Origin: Spirulina sp.
GTDB taxonomy: Bacteria; Cyanobacteriota; Cyanobacteriia; Phormidesmidales; Phormidesmidaceae
Assembly: GCA_044070495.1 (NCBI GenBank)
Contig: JBIPSI010000004.1
Span: forward strand, 135,577 to 199,576
Length of the DNA stretch: 64,000 nucleotides
Direction of reading: 5' to 3'
Shown: positions 41,756-50,434 of the stretch, piece after piece
Layout: each line of letters starts with the position of its first letter
Position numbering within the stretch: position 1 is the stretch's first letter
Notes under the pieces: model-generated
Told to the model about the DNA's origin: nothing
Seen by the model: only the letters and a program-made list of their open reading frames with translations
Databases searched by the model: none
Program-made: the position numbers and the translations under genes

Positions 41756-41862
41756 AGGGTTGATGTCTCCATTGGGGCTGTATCTCCATTCCGTGATGCT
41801 GACGTTAACAATGCCATTCAACAGTGATTGAGCGGATTGTACGCTGAAGTCTTTTGCGGTCA

Positions 41863-41878
41863 CTATTCAAAAAACGCA
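41863..41878 (-). promoter_or_regulatory. Conserved 16-bp upstream motif TGCGTTTTTTGAATAG, copy 1
   Basis: Identical to copies at 50277-50292 and 58994-59009; all lie upstream of minus-strand hydrolase genes. Confidence 0.65.
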
Positions 41879-42251
41879 AGTTAACATAGCAGTGGCCCAG
41901 ACCCCTGTCTAATCAAACGCTGTAACCCTTGGGTTTCCGGTGATTCGGGCAGCATGGAAGAGGCATGAAGCTTGCATTCTGCTGTGGATCATTAAGAACT
42001 GTCTAGAGTGTTGTGTGTAGTTTAGCCCTAGTGTAAGCACAGTGCGGTCGTTAATTTTTCTGTATTTCACGCCTTCTAGCATCTTTTGATTTATCTTGAT
42101 TGAGTGCCAATCAAGATAAATCATCTTGGTCAAGTCTTAGGACAGATTCTTATGGTGTTTTTATCTAGGTTTTCGCTTCGACAACTTGAGAATTAGCCTA
42201 TTCTCCCAGAGTAAAATCCTAGAGTTGGATTGAGTTTTCCCTGCTTTAATC

Positions 42252-42818
42252 ATGGATATCATGGGCATGAAGTCAAAGTTTTTGGTCTATTCCACGGCAG
42301 TTTTTTGTCTGGCCGTAGGGAATATTGTTTTGCCTGTAAAAGCGATGCCTGCGACCCACCCCGTCAACGTTGCCCAGGCTAGCACCTCGCTGACAGAAGC
42401 CAATGTTCAAGCCGTTATTGAGCAGTTGGAGGCAGCACGGGATAGTCGCGATGTTGAGGGAACCCTAGCGCTGATTGCTCCCTTTGCGGTGACAGTCGTA
42501 ACCGTTGAGTCTGGGAATGGGCTTTCAACCGTGACCACTCGCCTAGAAGGGATAGATGCCCATCGGCAAATGTTAGAGCAAACCTTTGGTCAGGTTCAGA
42601 GCCGAGAAATGCTGAGGGGCCACATCGACATCGACATCGTTAATGACGGCTTTGGTGTCGCTAAAATCTATCAGATGGAAAACATTCAAACCTCAGAGGG
42701 GGAAGCCTTGATAGCCGCTAGTCAGACGGTGCTTCGCTTTGGGCAAGTCAATGGTCGCGTACTAGTCACCTCCGCCACCGTCGAGGGTTGGATTGCCGCA
42801 CGGCCTACGGAAAATTGA
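42252..42818 (+). CDS. Secreted NTF2/SnoaL-like protein
   Basis: Signal peptide; helix (LEAARDSRDVEGTLALIAP) followed by beta strands. Confidence 0.55.
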   Translation: MDIMGMKSKFLVYSTAVFCLAVGNIVLPVKAMPATHPVNVAQASTSLTEANVQAVIEQLEAARDSRDVEGTLALIAPFAVTVVTVESGNGLSTVTTRLEGIDAHRQMLEQTFGQVQSREMLRGHIDIDIVNDGFGVAKIYQMENIQTSEGEALIAASQTVLRFGQVNGRVLVTSATVEGWIAARPTEN

Positions 42819-42882
42819 TACCCAGTCGGGTATTAAAATTACGGAAAATGTGAACGTCGTAGCATGACATGAAAGGGATAAA

Positions 42883-43242
42883 ATGATGAAGCGATCAATA
42901 GCTGTTGGCTTATCTATCTTGACTGCAATGGCGTCTTTAGTACCTACCGCTAACGTAGCCCAAGCCAGCTTTGGAAATTTTATGCTGGGGGTCGGGGCTG
43001 CTGCGGGAACCAGTGCCGTGATTAATGCAAATCGCCGCGCCAATGAAGCAGAACAGCGAGCCGCAGAGGCTGAGAGTCAGCAACCTGTATCCTCCGAGGA
43101 AGAATTCTTTCGCGGGCTTCAGGACGCCCTCAATGGGCTTCCCTACGACAACTTTCGGGCAACCACGTATTATGACGAAGGCTTTCAGGAAGGTGTGCAA
43201 CGTTTGCAGCTTGGCACGGGTTCGCGAACAGAAGATGAGTGA
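42883..43242 (+). CDS. Secreted hypothetical protein with a glycine-zipper-like segment and YDEGFQEG motif
   Basis: Signal peptide AQA; FMLGVGAAAG; FFRGLQD...YDEGFQEG. Confidence 0.55.
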   Translation: MMKRSIAVGLSILTAMASLVPTANVAQASFGNFMLGVGAAAGTSAVINANRRANEAEQRAAEAESQQPVSSEEEFFRGLQDALNGLPYDNFRATTYYDEGFQEGVQRLQLGTGSRTEDE

Positions 43243-43289
43243 CTATTGGATAACCCTTCACACCATCTTGGGTTGAGGTAGGGATAGCT

Positions 43290-43541
43290 TCAGATTGGGT
43301 TTTTCCCAGGGGAGTGCTCCTTCTTGGCAAAGCGGTCGATGTTGGGGGTGCGGAAGCCCATCAGACCCTTGGTATAGGCGCTGATGTCACTCTGGCCAAT
43401 GTCGTCGCCCCAAATCACCACCATGTTGCGCTTGGTGGGAGCGGTAGGAACGGCGGTTCCAGGGGCGTTACTGGCCGAGGGATAAACGACGGCCATGGCC
43501 TGACCTGTCCCCAACTCCAGCCACTTCGTCGGCCCAGCCAT
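43290..43541 (-). pseudogene. Truncated duplicate of the arylsulfatase N-terminus
   Basis: GQAMAVVYPSAS...VVIWGDDIGQSDISAYTKGLMGFRTPNIDR is near-identical to 41450-41630, ends before the catalytic Cys and lacks the signal peptide. Confidence 0.85.
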
Positions 43542-43651
43542 AACGCATCGAAGGCTTGTCCTGCATGGGTTACGCTTTACTCCAGCATCCCAATCTCACG
43601 GAAATTTACCTGATTTCGGCCTCTCCATATTTTTAGGTTTGCTTTTCAGAT

Positions 43652-44230
43652 TTAGAGGTCTGAAGTCAGGGTTAGTCCACGGTAGACCTGCTCGATGGCA
43701 AAACCTAGGCCAATGCTTTTTAACTCGATGGTGTCGCCTGGTTGATAGTTAATGATCACCCAGTCACCAGCCTCATTTTTGTGGTACAAATCCATCTCAA
43801 TCTTGGTGGAACTTACCAATAAGTAATCCTGTAGAACTGGATTTTGGCGATACAGCCTGAACTTGCTGCCCCTATCGTAAGCTTCGGTGCTTTCTGATAG
43901 CACGTCAACGATCAAGCAGGGATAGGTAATGTATTGAGGCGTTTGCCTGTCACGATCATCGCAGGTGACGCTGGCATCGGGATAGGTATAGTTTTGGCTG
44001 GCCACACTCTTAACTTTGATGTCAGAGTTTCCAGTGATGCAAGGGCTTCCCTCTAGATGGGTCTCAAAGAGGCTGGTTAAACGAATGGCAATGCGTCCAT
44101 GGTTCACACTGCCGCCGCCCATGGCATAGACTTCACCGTCGATATACTCATACTTTTCTGGCTGGGTTTCTTCCCAAACCAGATATTGATCGGGGGTGAG
44201 GCGAGGTACGTTATCGTTGGCGGCAATCAT
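43652..44230 (-). CDS. Uma2 family endonuclease-like protein
   Basis: YEYIDG, YPD, PCLIVDVLSESTEAYDRGSKF (the usual E is D here), QDYLLV. Confidence 0.88.
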   Translation of the reverse strand: MIAANDNVPRLTPDQYLVWEETQPEKYEYIDGEVYAMGGGSVNHGRIAIRLTSLFETHLEGSPCITGNSDIKVKSVASQNYTYPDASVTCDDRDRQTPQYITYPCLIVDVLSESTEAYDRGSKFRLYRQNPVLQDYLLVSSTKIEMDLYHKNEAGDWVIINYQPGDTIELKSIGLGFAIEQVYRGLTLTSDL

Positions 44231-44326
44231 ACGATTAAGCTATATGAGAAACGGCAACTTTTACCTAATAAAATGATAGCTATTGTTTGATTTTAGCAGC
44301 GCATAGCTCAACCGATCACCTCATCA

Positions 44327-44533
44327 GCCTAACGTCAAAGTTGTGCGGCGGCAGACAAACTCAAACTCTCACCGATGGTAGTCCTATTTCGTACAGGCTA
44401 GAGAATAATCAGGCGACCCTAAAGACCTTACGGCAGTAGATTGCTGTTTCTGGCTGATTTTTCTCTGACCCGTAGATTAATGCACTACCTCACCGATAAC
44501 CTCTGTACCGTCCGCACCAACGCAGTGTTATGC
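44327..44533 (-). other. Integron attC site (86 bp once the inserted MITE and one TSD copy are removed)
   Basis: Minus strand: R'' GCATAAC - 5 bp - L'' GTTGGTGC ... L' GCACAAC - 6 bp - R' GTTAGGC, with two extrahelical bases. Confidence 0.85.
44377..44489. mobile_element. 113-bp MITE with GGTAGT...ACTACC termini and 8-bp target duplication
   Basis: TCACCGAT at 44369-44376 and 44490-44497; imperfect ~21-bp TIRs. Confidence 0.85.
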
Positions 44534-44599
44534 CGCGTATGAACGTAATATGTCAACGATTACAGAAAAGGGCTGGATGCAAAAAATTGAGTATTACAA

Positions 44600-46363
44600 T
44601 CACAAACTTTCTTCTTCTGGAATTTCAATTCTATAGATGAACTTTACCCTCTTCCTATTCAACGGATTTAGTTTAGCTACTCTAATTAGTGCAGCTATTG
44701 TTATATCGGCAATAGTTTTATAATCTTGAGACTCCTTTTCATTGTTTGAACTTAGCCCTTTAAATGTCAATAGTCCCTTTCTGATTTTTGAAACGATTCT
44801 ATCTGGCTTTGACATCATCCATTCATAAATATCATCTTCGGTAAGAGAACTTAAAAAGTTAATATCTTCTCGACCCCACCCTTGATTTTTAACGATTCCG
44901 TCAAGCACATCATTTATATTTAAAATTTTGCTATTGTCTCGTAATTCTTGTATTTTAAACTCCAAAATAACATTTTTTATCTTTCTAATAGACGAGAAAT
45001 CCTCCGGATCAGTGTTAGCCAGTTCATTGGCGTGAAGAGATACATATTTATCAATATAACTATTCACATCATCACCATATTCTTCGAGCAAGTCTATCGA
45101 TTGAGAGAAGTCCCAGAGACTAATTTTACTCAGATCGGATTCCAAAATATCTCGAATGGTTGACTTTAACTGATCTAAGTTGTCATCAAATGAGTCAGCA
45201 TATATATCCCATGCATCGCGTAGTTTTTGCTGAGTAATATCTATCTGTTTTTTATAATTTGCTTTATCTACCTCTTTTTTAAACTCTTCTTCATTTAAAT
45301 ATCCGTCTGTAAGTAATGAGACAAGATAATCATCGTAGCATGAAGGAAATAGAGCTAAATAACTAGCTATCTGGCTCCACGATTTCTCTTCCTCAGTCCT
45401 GGCTTGTTCATTCTCACGTTCTGACAATAGTGAAAGCCATGTAGTCTCTTTTATACTACTACTAATGAATGATAGAGAGAGATTATTTTCCGAGTTGAAG
45501 AACCCCCAGCAAAATACTGCAAGATGCACTAAAATCTCTTCCTGAAGGCTGGTTTCACAAGTTTTAGCGAAGTTCCAAATTTTACTTATACTCCATTTCA
45601 TTTTCTTAAAGATCCTGATATTTGAAATATCAAGAGCCTGAAACACATTTAGGAGGCTTTCAAAGTATTCATCTTCAGAATTAAAGACCTTTAGGATGTT
45701 TTCTTTTATCGTAGGTTTGTATTCAACCTCTAGGTCAATAACTTTTTCGCGATATTTATTGAACTCACTTAAATCTTGCTCACTCAATGTTTTCTCATTA
45801 AGAATGAGAATGACTTTGCACTGCTTTCTCTTGCTTAGTTCATCGACAAACCCCATGATTTGTCTTATCTTTAAGCTCTCTTCCTTTCGCTCAATATCAT
45901 CTAGGCAAATAAGATAATTACTAATCAACTGATATTCCGCTAAGTCGATTATTGAAGAAAACCCCTTGACTTGAGGAACATACTTGGCAAATTGATATAG
46001 CGGAGCTAGAAATCGCAAGAAGTCCTGACTACCTGAACGCGCACCAAATAATGCTTCCGAAATTCGATTCTCATTTAAAGAAAAGCTTTTAAGTTCTTCT
46101 TTGAATTGCTCTCTTGATTTCAATAACTTTCCTGTTCGGAAAATCTTTGATTTCAATTCTGATAAATCATGTAAGCCAAATAAGGATATATAGGAGTATG
46201 CTGTTTGCTTTAGCTCTTTTTTGTCTATCCTATTTTGAACGTAGTTCTCCCAAAAATAGGTTTTTCCAATCCCCCATGAACCCCTTATAACAAGAACGGC
46301 TAAGTCCTTTTCACTAAAAAATGAATCTAGTGTGTTTCTAATGGCTAAGGTGCTGCTATCCAT
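44600..46363 (-). CDS. KAP-family-like P-loop NTPase (integron cassette cargo)
   Basis: GSWGIGKT Walker A, YISLFG, LDDIER Walker B, YREKVID, NIR; markedly AT-rich. Confidence 0.8.
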   Translation of the reverse strand: MDSSTLAIRNTLDSFFSEKDLAVLVIRGSWGIGKTYFWENYVQNRIDKKELKQTAYSYISLFGLHDLSELKSKIFRTGKLLKSREQFKEELKSFSLNENRISEALFGARSGSQDFLRFLAPLYQFAKYVPQVKGFSSIIDLAEYQLISNYLICLDDIERKEESLKIRQIMGFVDELSKRKQCKVILILNEKTLSEQDLSEFNKYREKVIDLEVEYKPTIKENILKVFNSEDEYFESLLNVFQALDISNIRIFKKMKWSISKIWNFAKTCETSLQEEILVHLAVFCWGFFNSENNLSLSFISSSIKETTWLSLLSERENEQARTEEEKSWSQIASYLALFPSCYDDYLVSLLTDGYLNEEEFKKEVDKANYKKQIDITQQKLRDAWDIYADSFDDNLDQLKSTIRDILESDLSKISLWDFSQSIDLLEEYGDDVNSYIDKYVSLHANELANTDPEDFSSIRKIKNVILEFKIQELRDNSKILNINDVLDGIVKNQGWGREDINFLSSLTEDDIYEWMMSKPDRIVSKIRKGLLTFKGLSSNNEKESQDYKTIADITIAALIRVAKLNPLNRKRVKFIYRIEIPEEESL

Positions 46364-46459
46364 ACTCTTTCCCTACTAGCGATAGAAAATTAATGGTTAC
46401 TGAGCCTCATTCGGCAAACCGCTAACCCTTTGCCTGCCGCCCTACCAAGAAGCCAAGCG

Positions 46460-46545
46460 GCATAACGGTGAAGTGCAGCGGCGGCAGACAATCTCGAACT
46501 TAGTACCAGTAGCTTTCGACCGTCCGCTGCCACGCAGTGTTAGCT
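46460..46545 (-). other. Integron attC site (86 bp)
   Basis: Minus strand: R'' AGCTAAC - ACTGC - L'' GTGGCAGC ... L' GCTGCAC - TTCACC - R' GTTATGC. Confidence 0.88.
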
Positions 46546-46576
46546 GGCTTTCTCCACAAACTATCTCGGCTTATCC

Positions 46577-47068
46577 TTACTCAGGCTCTTGGGCAAGGGT
46601 TAAGATACGCTGATATAGCTGAGGGCTGACGCGAAAACCAGCCTGGTTGATTAAGGCATCCATAACAGGTTGAACTTGAGGGATGAGGCTTCTTTGTTTA
46701 GCCACAAGCAGAATACCCAGAATACCAACGATAGATAGTCCAAGCCGGATAGCTTCTTGTCGTCCCAATCGTTCATCAATGAGCAAATCATCGGCTTGTA
46801 GCTCAAATGCCAATGCAATAGCATTCGCTTCTCCGGCATCAAGTCCCCGTTCTTGTTGTAATTGGTCAGCAAGTTTGAAGTTGATGAGTGATTGGGTTTG
46901 AATCCAACCTAATTTGAGAATAGCTGAAATAGTGGAATTGCTGGCGGCTGCGAGTTCAGTAGCAACAACATCAGGAATAATCACGTTTTGGTAAATAGCT
47001 TCTAGCAACCAGAGATGATCAACAATGGCAAGATTGGAAAGGGCGGAGGTATCGCTAACGACGATCAT
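46577..47068 (-). CDS. DUF3368 family PIN-like protein (putative toxin)
   Basis: MIVVSDTS.L, IPDVV..E, LDAGEANAIALA, LLIDERLGR. Confidence 0.88.
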   Translation of the reverse strand: MIVVSDTSALSNLAIVDHLWLLEAIYQNVIIPDVVATELAAASNSTISAILKLGWIQTQSLINFKLADQLQQERGLDAGEANAIALAFELQADDLLIDERLGRQEAIRLGLSIVGILGILLVAKQRSLIPQVQPVMDALINQAGFRVSPQLYQRILTLAQEPE

Positions 47069-47334
47069 AACCAGCCCCGCTCACGCAGATGCTGAACATC
47101 CTGCTCAAAATCTTCTACGTCGTAATGGACACAGATGCCACGATCTGCTAGCAGCTTTTGAAATTCCATGATTTCCATCCCAGCAATTTTACTGGCGCGG
47201 CTGAGAGAAATCTGCTCCTGCTGAAACAGGGCGATGGCAATTTCCCGGAGCCAATCGCTTTGGTTAAAGATTCCAGTTGCGCCAAGGCTATCGGGTAGGT
47301 TCAGGGTAATTTGCATTGAGTTATCCTCACGCAC
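47065..47334 (-). CDS. UPF0175 family protein (putative antitoxin)
   Basis: EIAIALFQQEQISLSRASKIAGM...F..LL..RGI..HYD; 4-bp overlap with DUF3368. Confidence 0.88.
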   Translation of the reverse strand: MREDNSMQITLNLPDSLGATGIFNQSDWLREIAIALFQQEQISLSRASKIAGMEIMEFQKLLADRGICVHYDVEDFEQDVQHLRERGWL

Positions 47335-47377
47335 TTATCTTTAATTTTAACGATTCGCTAGCATGACTTGTTGGGCT

Positions 47378-47941
47378 TCATGCCGACTGACCACGAGTGA
47401 GATTCGGCATTAGCGCGAAGAACTTCTCGCATCTTTCTTCGACCGCTTGAAGTGAAGGCGCTCGAAACACTTCGGTATGCAAGCGCTCGCAGCCTTCGGT
47501 CACGCATTCAATAGCAGTTTTCTCCCAGAGCCTGCGACATGGCCATGCTTTGATCACCTGAGTATAAGGAGCTGAACAGCGATGTTGGCGAAGGCGTTCA
47601 TTTAGGTTGCTTGCGAAGCCAACCTTGAAACGAGTTGGATCATGCTCCGGCTCTAGGATCAGCAGATAGAAAACACCAAGGTCGTATAGAGCAGCCTCAG
47701 TAGTAAATTCGTCCTCTTCGCCTTCTTGCCCGTCTTGGGTGCTTCTGGTTGCAGCGAGGGATTCCAATACCCGGCGACCATCTTCTTCGGTTATGTAGGA
47801 AATAGTCTGACCGCGATGCTGGTTGCCACCGCGCGACTTAGAAGGCTCGATTTCGAGACGCTTAAGAACTTTGAAAACGGTCTGCTTGTGTAACCCGTTC
47901 TTCTCTGCAAAGTCTTTAACCGAAATGAGATGCTCCATCAT
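47378..47941 (-). CDS. Hypothetical protein: N-terminal HTH-like plus GIY-YIG/T5orf172-like domain
   Basis: SVKDFAEKNGLHKQTVFKVLKR; GVFYLL...RFKVGFASNLNERLRQH...WE...EVF. Confidence 0.6.
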   Translation of the reverse strand: MMEHLISVKDFAEKNGLHKQTVFKVLKRLEIEPSKSRGGNQHRGQTISYITEEDGRRVLESLAATRSTQDGQEGEEDEFTTEAALYDLGVFYLLILEPEHDPTRFKVGFASNLNERLRQHRCSAPYTQVIKAWPCRRLWEKTAIECVTEGCERLHTEVFRAPSLQAVEERCEKFFALMPNLTRGQSA

Positions 47942-47990
47942 TTACTCCATAACCATTCAACAACGGAGTGCAAGGACTGGATGCGGAGCC

Positions 47991-48009
47991 AGCTAACTCT
48001 TTATTAGAG
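47991..48009 (-). other. attI-like recombination core
   Basis: Minus strand CTCTAAT-AAAGA-GTTAGCT (7-5-7). The following TTAGCTGGC is complementary to the R'' end (GCCAGCTAAC) of the 46460-46545 attC. Confidence 0.7.
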
Positions 48010-48148
48010 GGAAACTTTCCACCTAATACCCCTATACGGGATCTTAGGTAGAAATCTGTCTGCCTAAATACCCCTGGGGGGATCTTAGGTGGGAAAAAAT
48101 CAGCCTAAATGCCGGATATGGGATCTTAGGTGGAAAGTTTCAGTATAA
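48004..48148. repeat. Phased ~41-bp tandem palindromic repeats next to the attI-like core
   Basis: GGGATCTTAGGT at 48038, 48079 and 48120; CCTAA-N17-TTAGG three times. Confidence 0.85.
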
Positions 48149-48287
48149 ATACTCGATCCCCTAGATGTCCTGCAACTTAAGATTTCTCTTAACATTGCTG
48201 GAATCCTCCCCACACAACAATCCCGGGCTCTAATCAAAACTAGCGTTACCGTCCCCCCGGCGTAGGGTTGAACGGAATCGGTTTTGT

Positions 48288-50210
48288 TTAACGAGCCTTA
48301 ATACCCCGTACTTCCCTGGCGCGATCATCTTTCACTAGCATGGAAAGACCGTCTGAATTTTTGGTGGGCAAGTTCACCAGATAGTCCATAATCGCTTGCC
48401 ACTCTTTAATCTCTCGGCTGGCGGCATTGATGGCGGCGAGGTCGGCACTGAGGTGGGTGGTGGCAGGGAGAACGTAGGGGCTGGTAGAGTCCCTGGGGTC
48501 AACAATGGCCTCGTCTTTGCGGGTGAGGGGGCTACCATCGGCCTGTTTGGGCTGGAGGGGTAACGCGCCTTTAGTGAGTTGGGGAATGTACACCAGAATG
48601 GAGCCGATGTACAAACTGGTGGCAAAGCTGTAGAGGGTTGGGGCAGCGAGGTCGAGGGGGGTGTAGCCGTCGTCCAGGTTACCCAGTTCTAGGGCAGTAA
48701 CTTGGTCAAAGCGGGGGCGACTGGGGTCGTAGTAGAACCGCAGGCCGGAGGTTCTGGGATAGTATTCGCCCGGATGGTTGGGGTCGTCGATGAGCAGAAA
48801 TTCCAGGATGTTCTTGATCTCCGCCGCCGTGAAATAACCCTTCACCATGGCACTGCCAGCGGTAGGATCCACAATGCCATTGCCGAGGGGAGCCAGGGTA
48901 AAGATGTCGTACACCGTTTGCACCCCGGTGTTGCCCTTGGTAAGTCCGGCCCGGATGGCCCCGTTGGCGGTGAAGGCGATTTGGCTGGTGGTGGCAAGGC
49001 GTAGGGCGTCCGTCACCACGTTGGCTAGGGGCGTGCCGGATTCAATATCCCCGTAGTCCATGGGCCAGTCTTCGGTGATCATCACCAGGGGTTGGCTGGT
49101 GGCATAGCCCCGTGGGGCAAAGGTAATCTCTCCCGACCGCTGCAAGAAGCGTTCCACCTCAGCCTGAATGGCGGCATCGCCCTGAATTTGGTCATCCACC
49201 GGAATCAGCCGATAGGACTCCACCGTCACCCGACCATCCTCCAGGCTCAGCACCAGTTCGCCCAGGTGTTCGCCATATTTTCCGGTCTGCACCACGGGGC
49301 GATGATCCACCAAAAGCGGCTGCCGCAGTTCGCTGTGGGTATGGCCACCAATCACCACATCCAGCTCAGGAATGGCCTCCAGCAGGTTCAGGTCTTCCCC
49401 CTGGAAAGACCCATCTGGGCGCTTCACCACGCCCCCGTGGCTGAGGGCAATCACCACATCCACCTTGTCCGCTTGCTTTAGCCGTTGCGCTGCCGCCCTG
49501 GCCGTTTCAATTGGGTCGCCAAAGGCCACCGCGCCCACATCCGCCGCGTACTTAAAGGCGTCGTAGCCAATGATGCCCACCAGCCCAAACCGCAGCCCAC
49601 CCCGCTCAATGATCCGGTAGGGCTGAAGCACCCCCCGCTGGGCCAAGTCTTGCAGGTCAGCCAAGCGTTCCGAGTCGGCACTGACATCGCTATTTGTCAC
49701 CACAATGGCCGGAATCTCGCCCGCATCCGCCGCCCGCTTGATCGCCTGCCCCAGGCCATCCGGCCCTAGGTCAAACTCGTGGTTGCCCAGGGTGGTGGCG
49801 TCGTAGCCCAGGGTGGCCATCAGTTGCAGTTCCGCTCCCAATTCTCGACAGGCGGCGGCTACAGCGGTACCCATGCTAAAGTCCCCGGCATCCAGCACCA
49901 AAACGGGGCCAAGCTGCCCTAGGTCGGCCTTGCGCTGGGCAATCAACGCCCCTAGGCGGGCATAGCCACCCTTGGTCTGGTCATCCCCCAACGTGGTGGG
50001 CGTGTAGTCTCGCAGCGGCCCCACCCCCACCACGTTAGAGTGCATGTCGTTGGTGTGGAGGATGGAAAAAATTTGCTTGCCTGGGGTAGCCGCAAGGGCG
50101 TCTAGAGCGTGGGAAGACAACATGACAGCAGGGGCTAGGGCCAGAGAGGCCTTCAAAGACGTTTCCAAAAAGGTGCGGCGATTGAGATCGGGACGTTGCA
50201 TCGGGATCAC
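48288..50210 (-). CDS. Tat-exported 5'-nucleotidase / bifunctional metallophosphoesterase
   Basis: NRRTFL Tat motif; LHTNDMHS, LDAGDF, LGNHEFD, LSHGG, IGGHTH; NGAIR C-terminal domain. Confidence 0.9.
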   Translation of the reverse strand: MIPMQRPDLNRRTFLETSLKASLALAPAVMLSSHALDALAATPGKQIFSILHTNDMHSNVVGVGPLRDYTPTTLGDDQTKGGYARLGALIAQRKADLGQLGPVLVLDAGDFSMGTAVAAACRELGAELQLMATLGYDATTLGNHEFDLGPDGLGQAIKRAADAGEIPAIVVTNSDVSADSERLADLQDLAQRGVLQPYRIIERGGLRFGLVGIIGYDAFKYAADVGAVAFGDPIETARAAAQRLKQADKVDVVIALSHGGVVKRPDGSFQGEDLNLLEAIPELDVVIGGHTHSELRQPLLVDHRPVVQTGKYGEHLGELVLSLEDGRVTVESYRLIPVDDQIQGDAAIQAEVERFLQRSGEITFAPRGYATSQPLVMITEDWPMDYGDIESGTPLANVVTDALRLATTSQIAFTANGAIRAGLTKGNTGVQTVYDIFTLAPLGNGIVDPTAGSAMVKGYFTAAEIKNILEFLLIDDPNHPGEYYPRTSGLRFYYDPSRPRFDQVTALELGNLDDGYTPLDLAAPTLYSFATSLYIGSILVYIPQLTKGALPLQPKQADGSPLTRKDEAIVDPRDSTSPYVLPATTHLSADLAAINAASREIKEWQAIMDYLVNLPTKNSDGLSMLVKDDRAREVRGIKAR

Positions 50211-50276
50211 GCCTCAGTAGTGCCAATCTGTGGAAATTAAATCAGGCAAATTGTAGGCCGAAGCCCGCTGGCTCCA

Positions 50277-50292
50277 CTATTCAAAAAACGCA
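50277..50292 (-). promoter_or_regulatory. Conserved 16-bp upstream motif, copy 2
   Basis: CTATTCAAAAAACGCA about 67 bp upstream of the nucleotidase start. Confidence 0.65.
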
Positions 50293-50434
50293 CATTAACG
50301 GATTCGGTCTCATTAGGAGATTTCTGGAAAACGTTCTCTCATGGTAGGCCGTGCCCACCCTACGGTGGCTATAGTTCCTGCCTAACGCAGGGATCTGCTT
50401 TCCCAGACATCTCCTTATTTGGGTTGGCGATGGT

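Noticed and set aside
43652..44326. Uma2 gene as a third cassette
   Set aside because: No matching R'' or attC downstream of the gene
48004..48148. Possible mini-CRISPR array
   Set aside because: The conserved part is only ~12 bp, the intervening sequences are similar to each other, the period is 41 bp, and no cas genes are present
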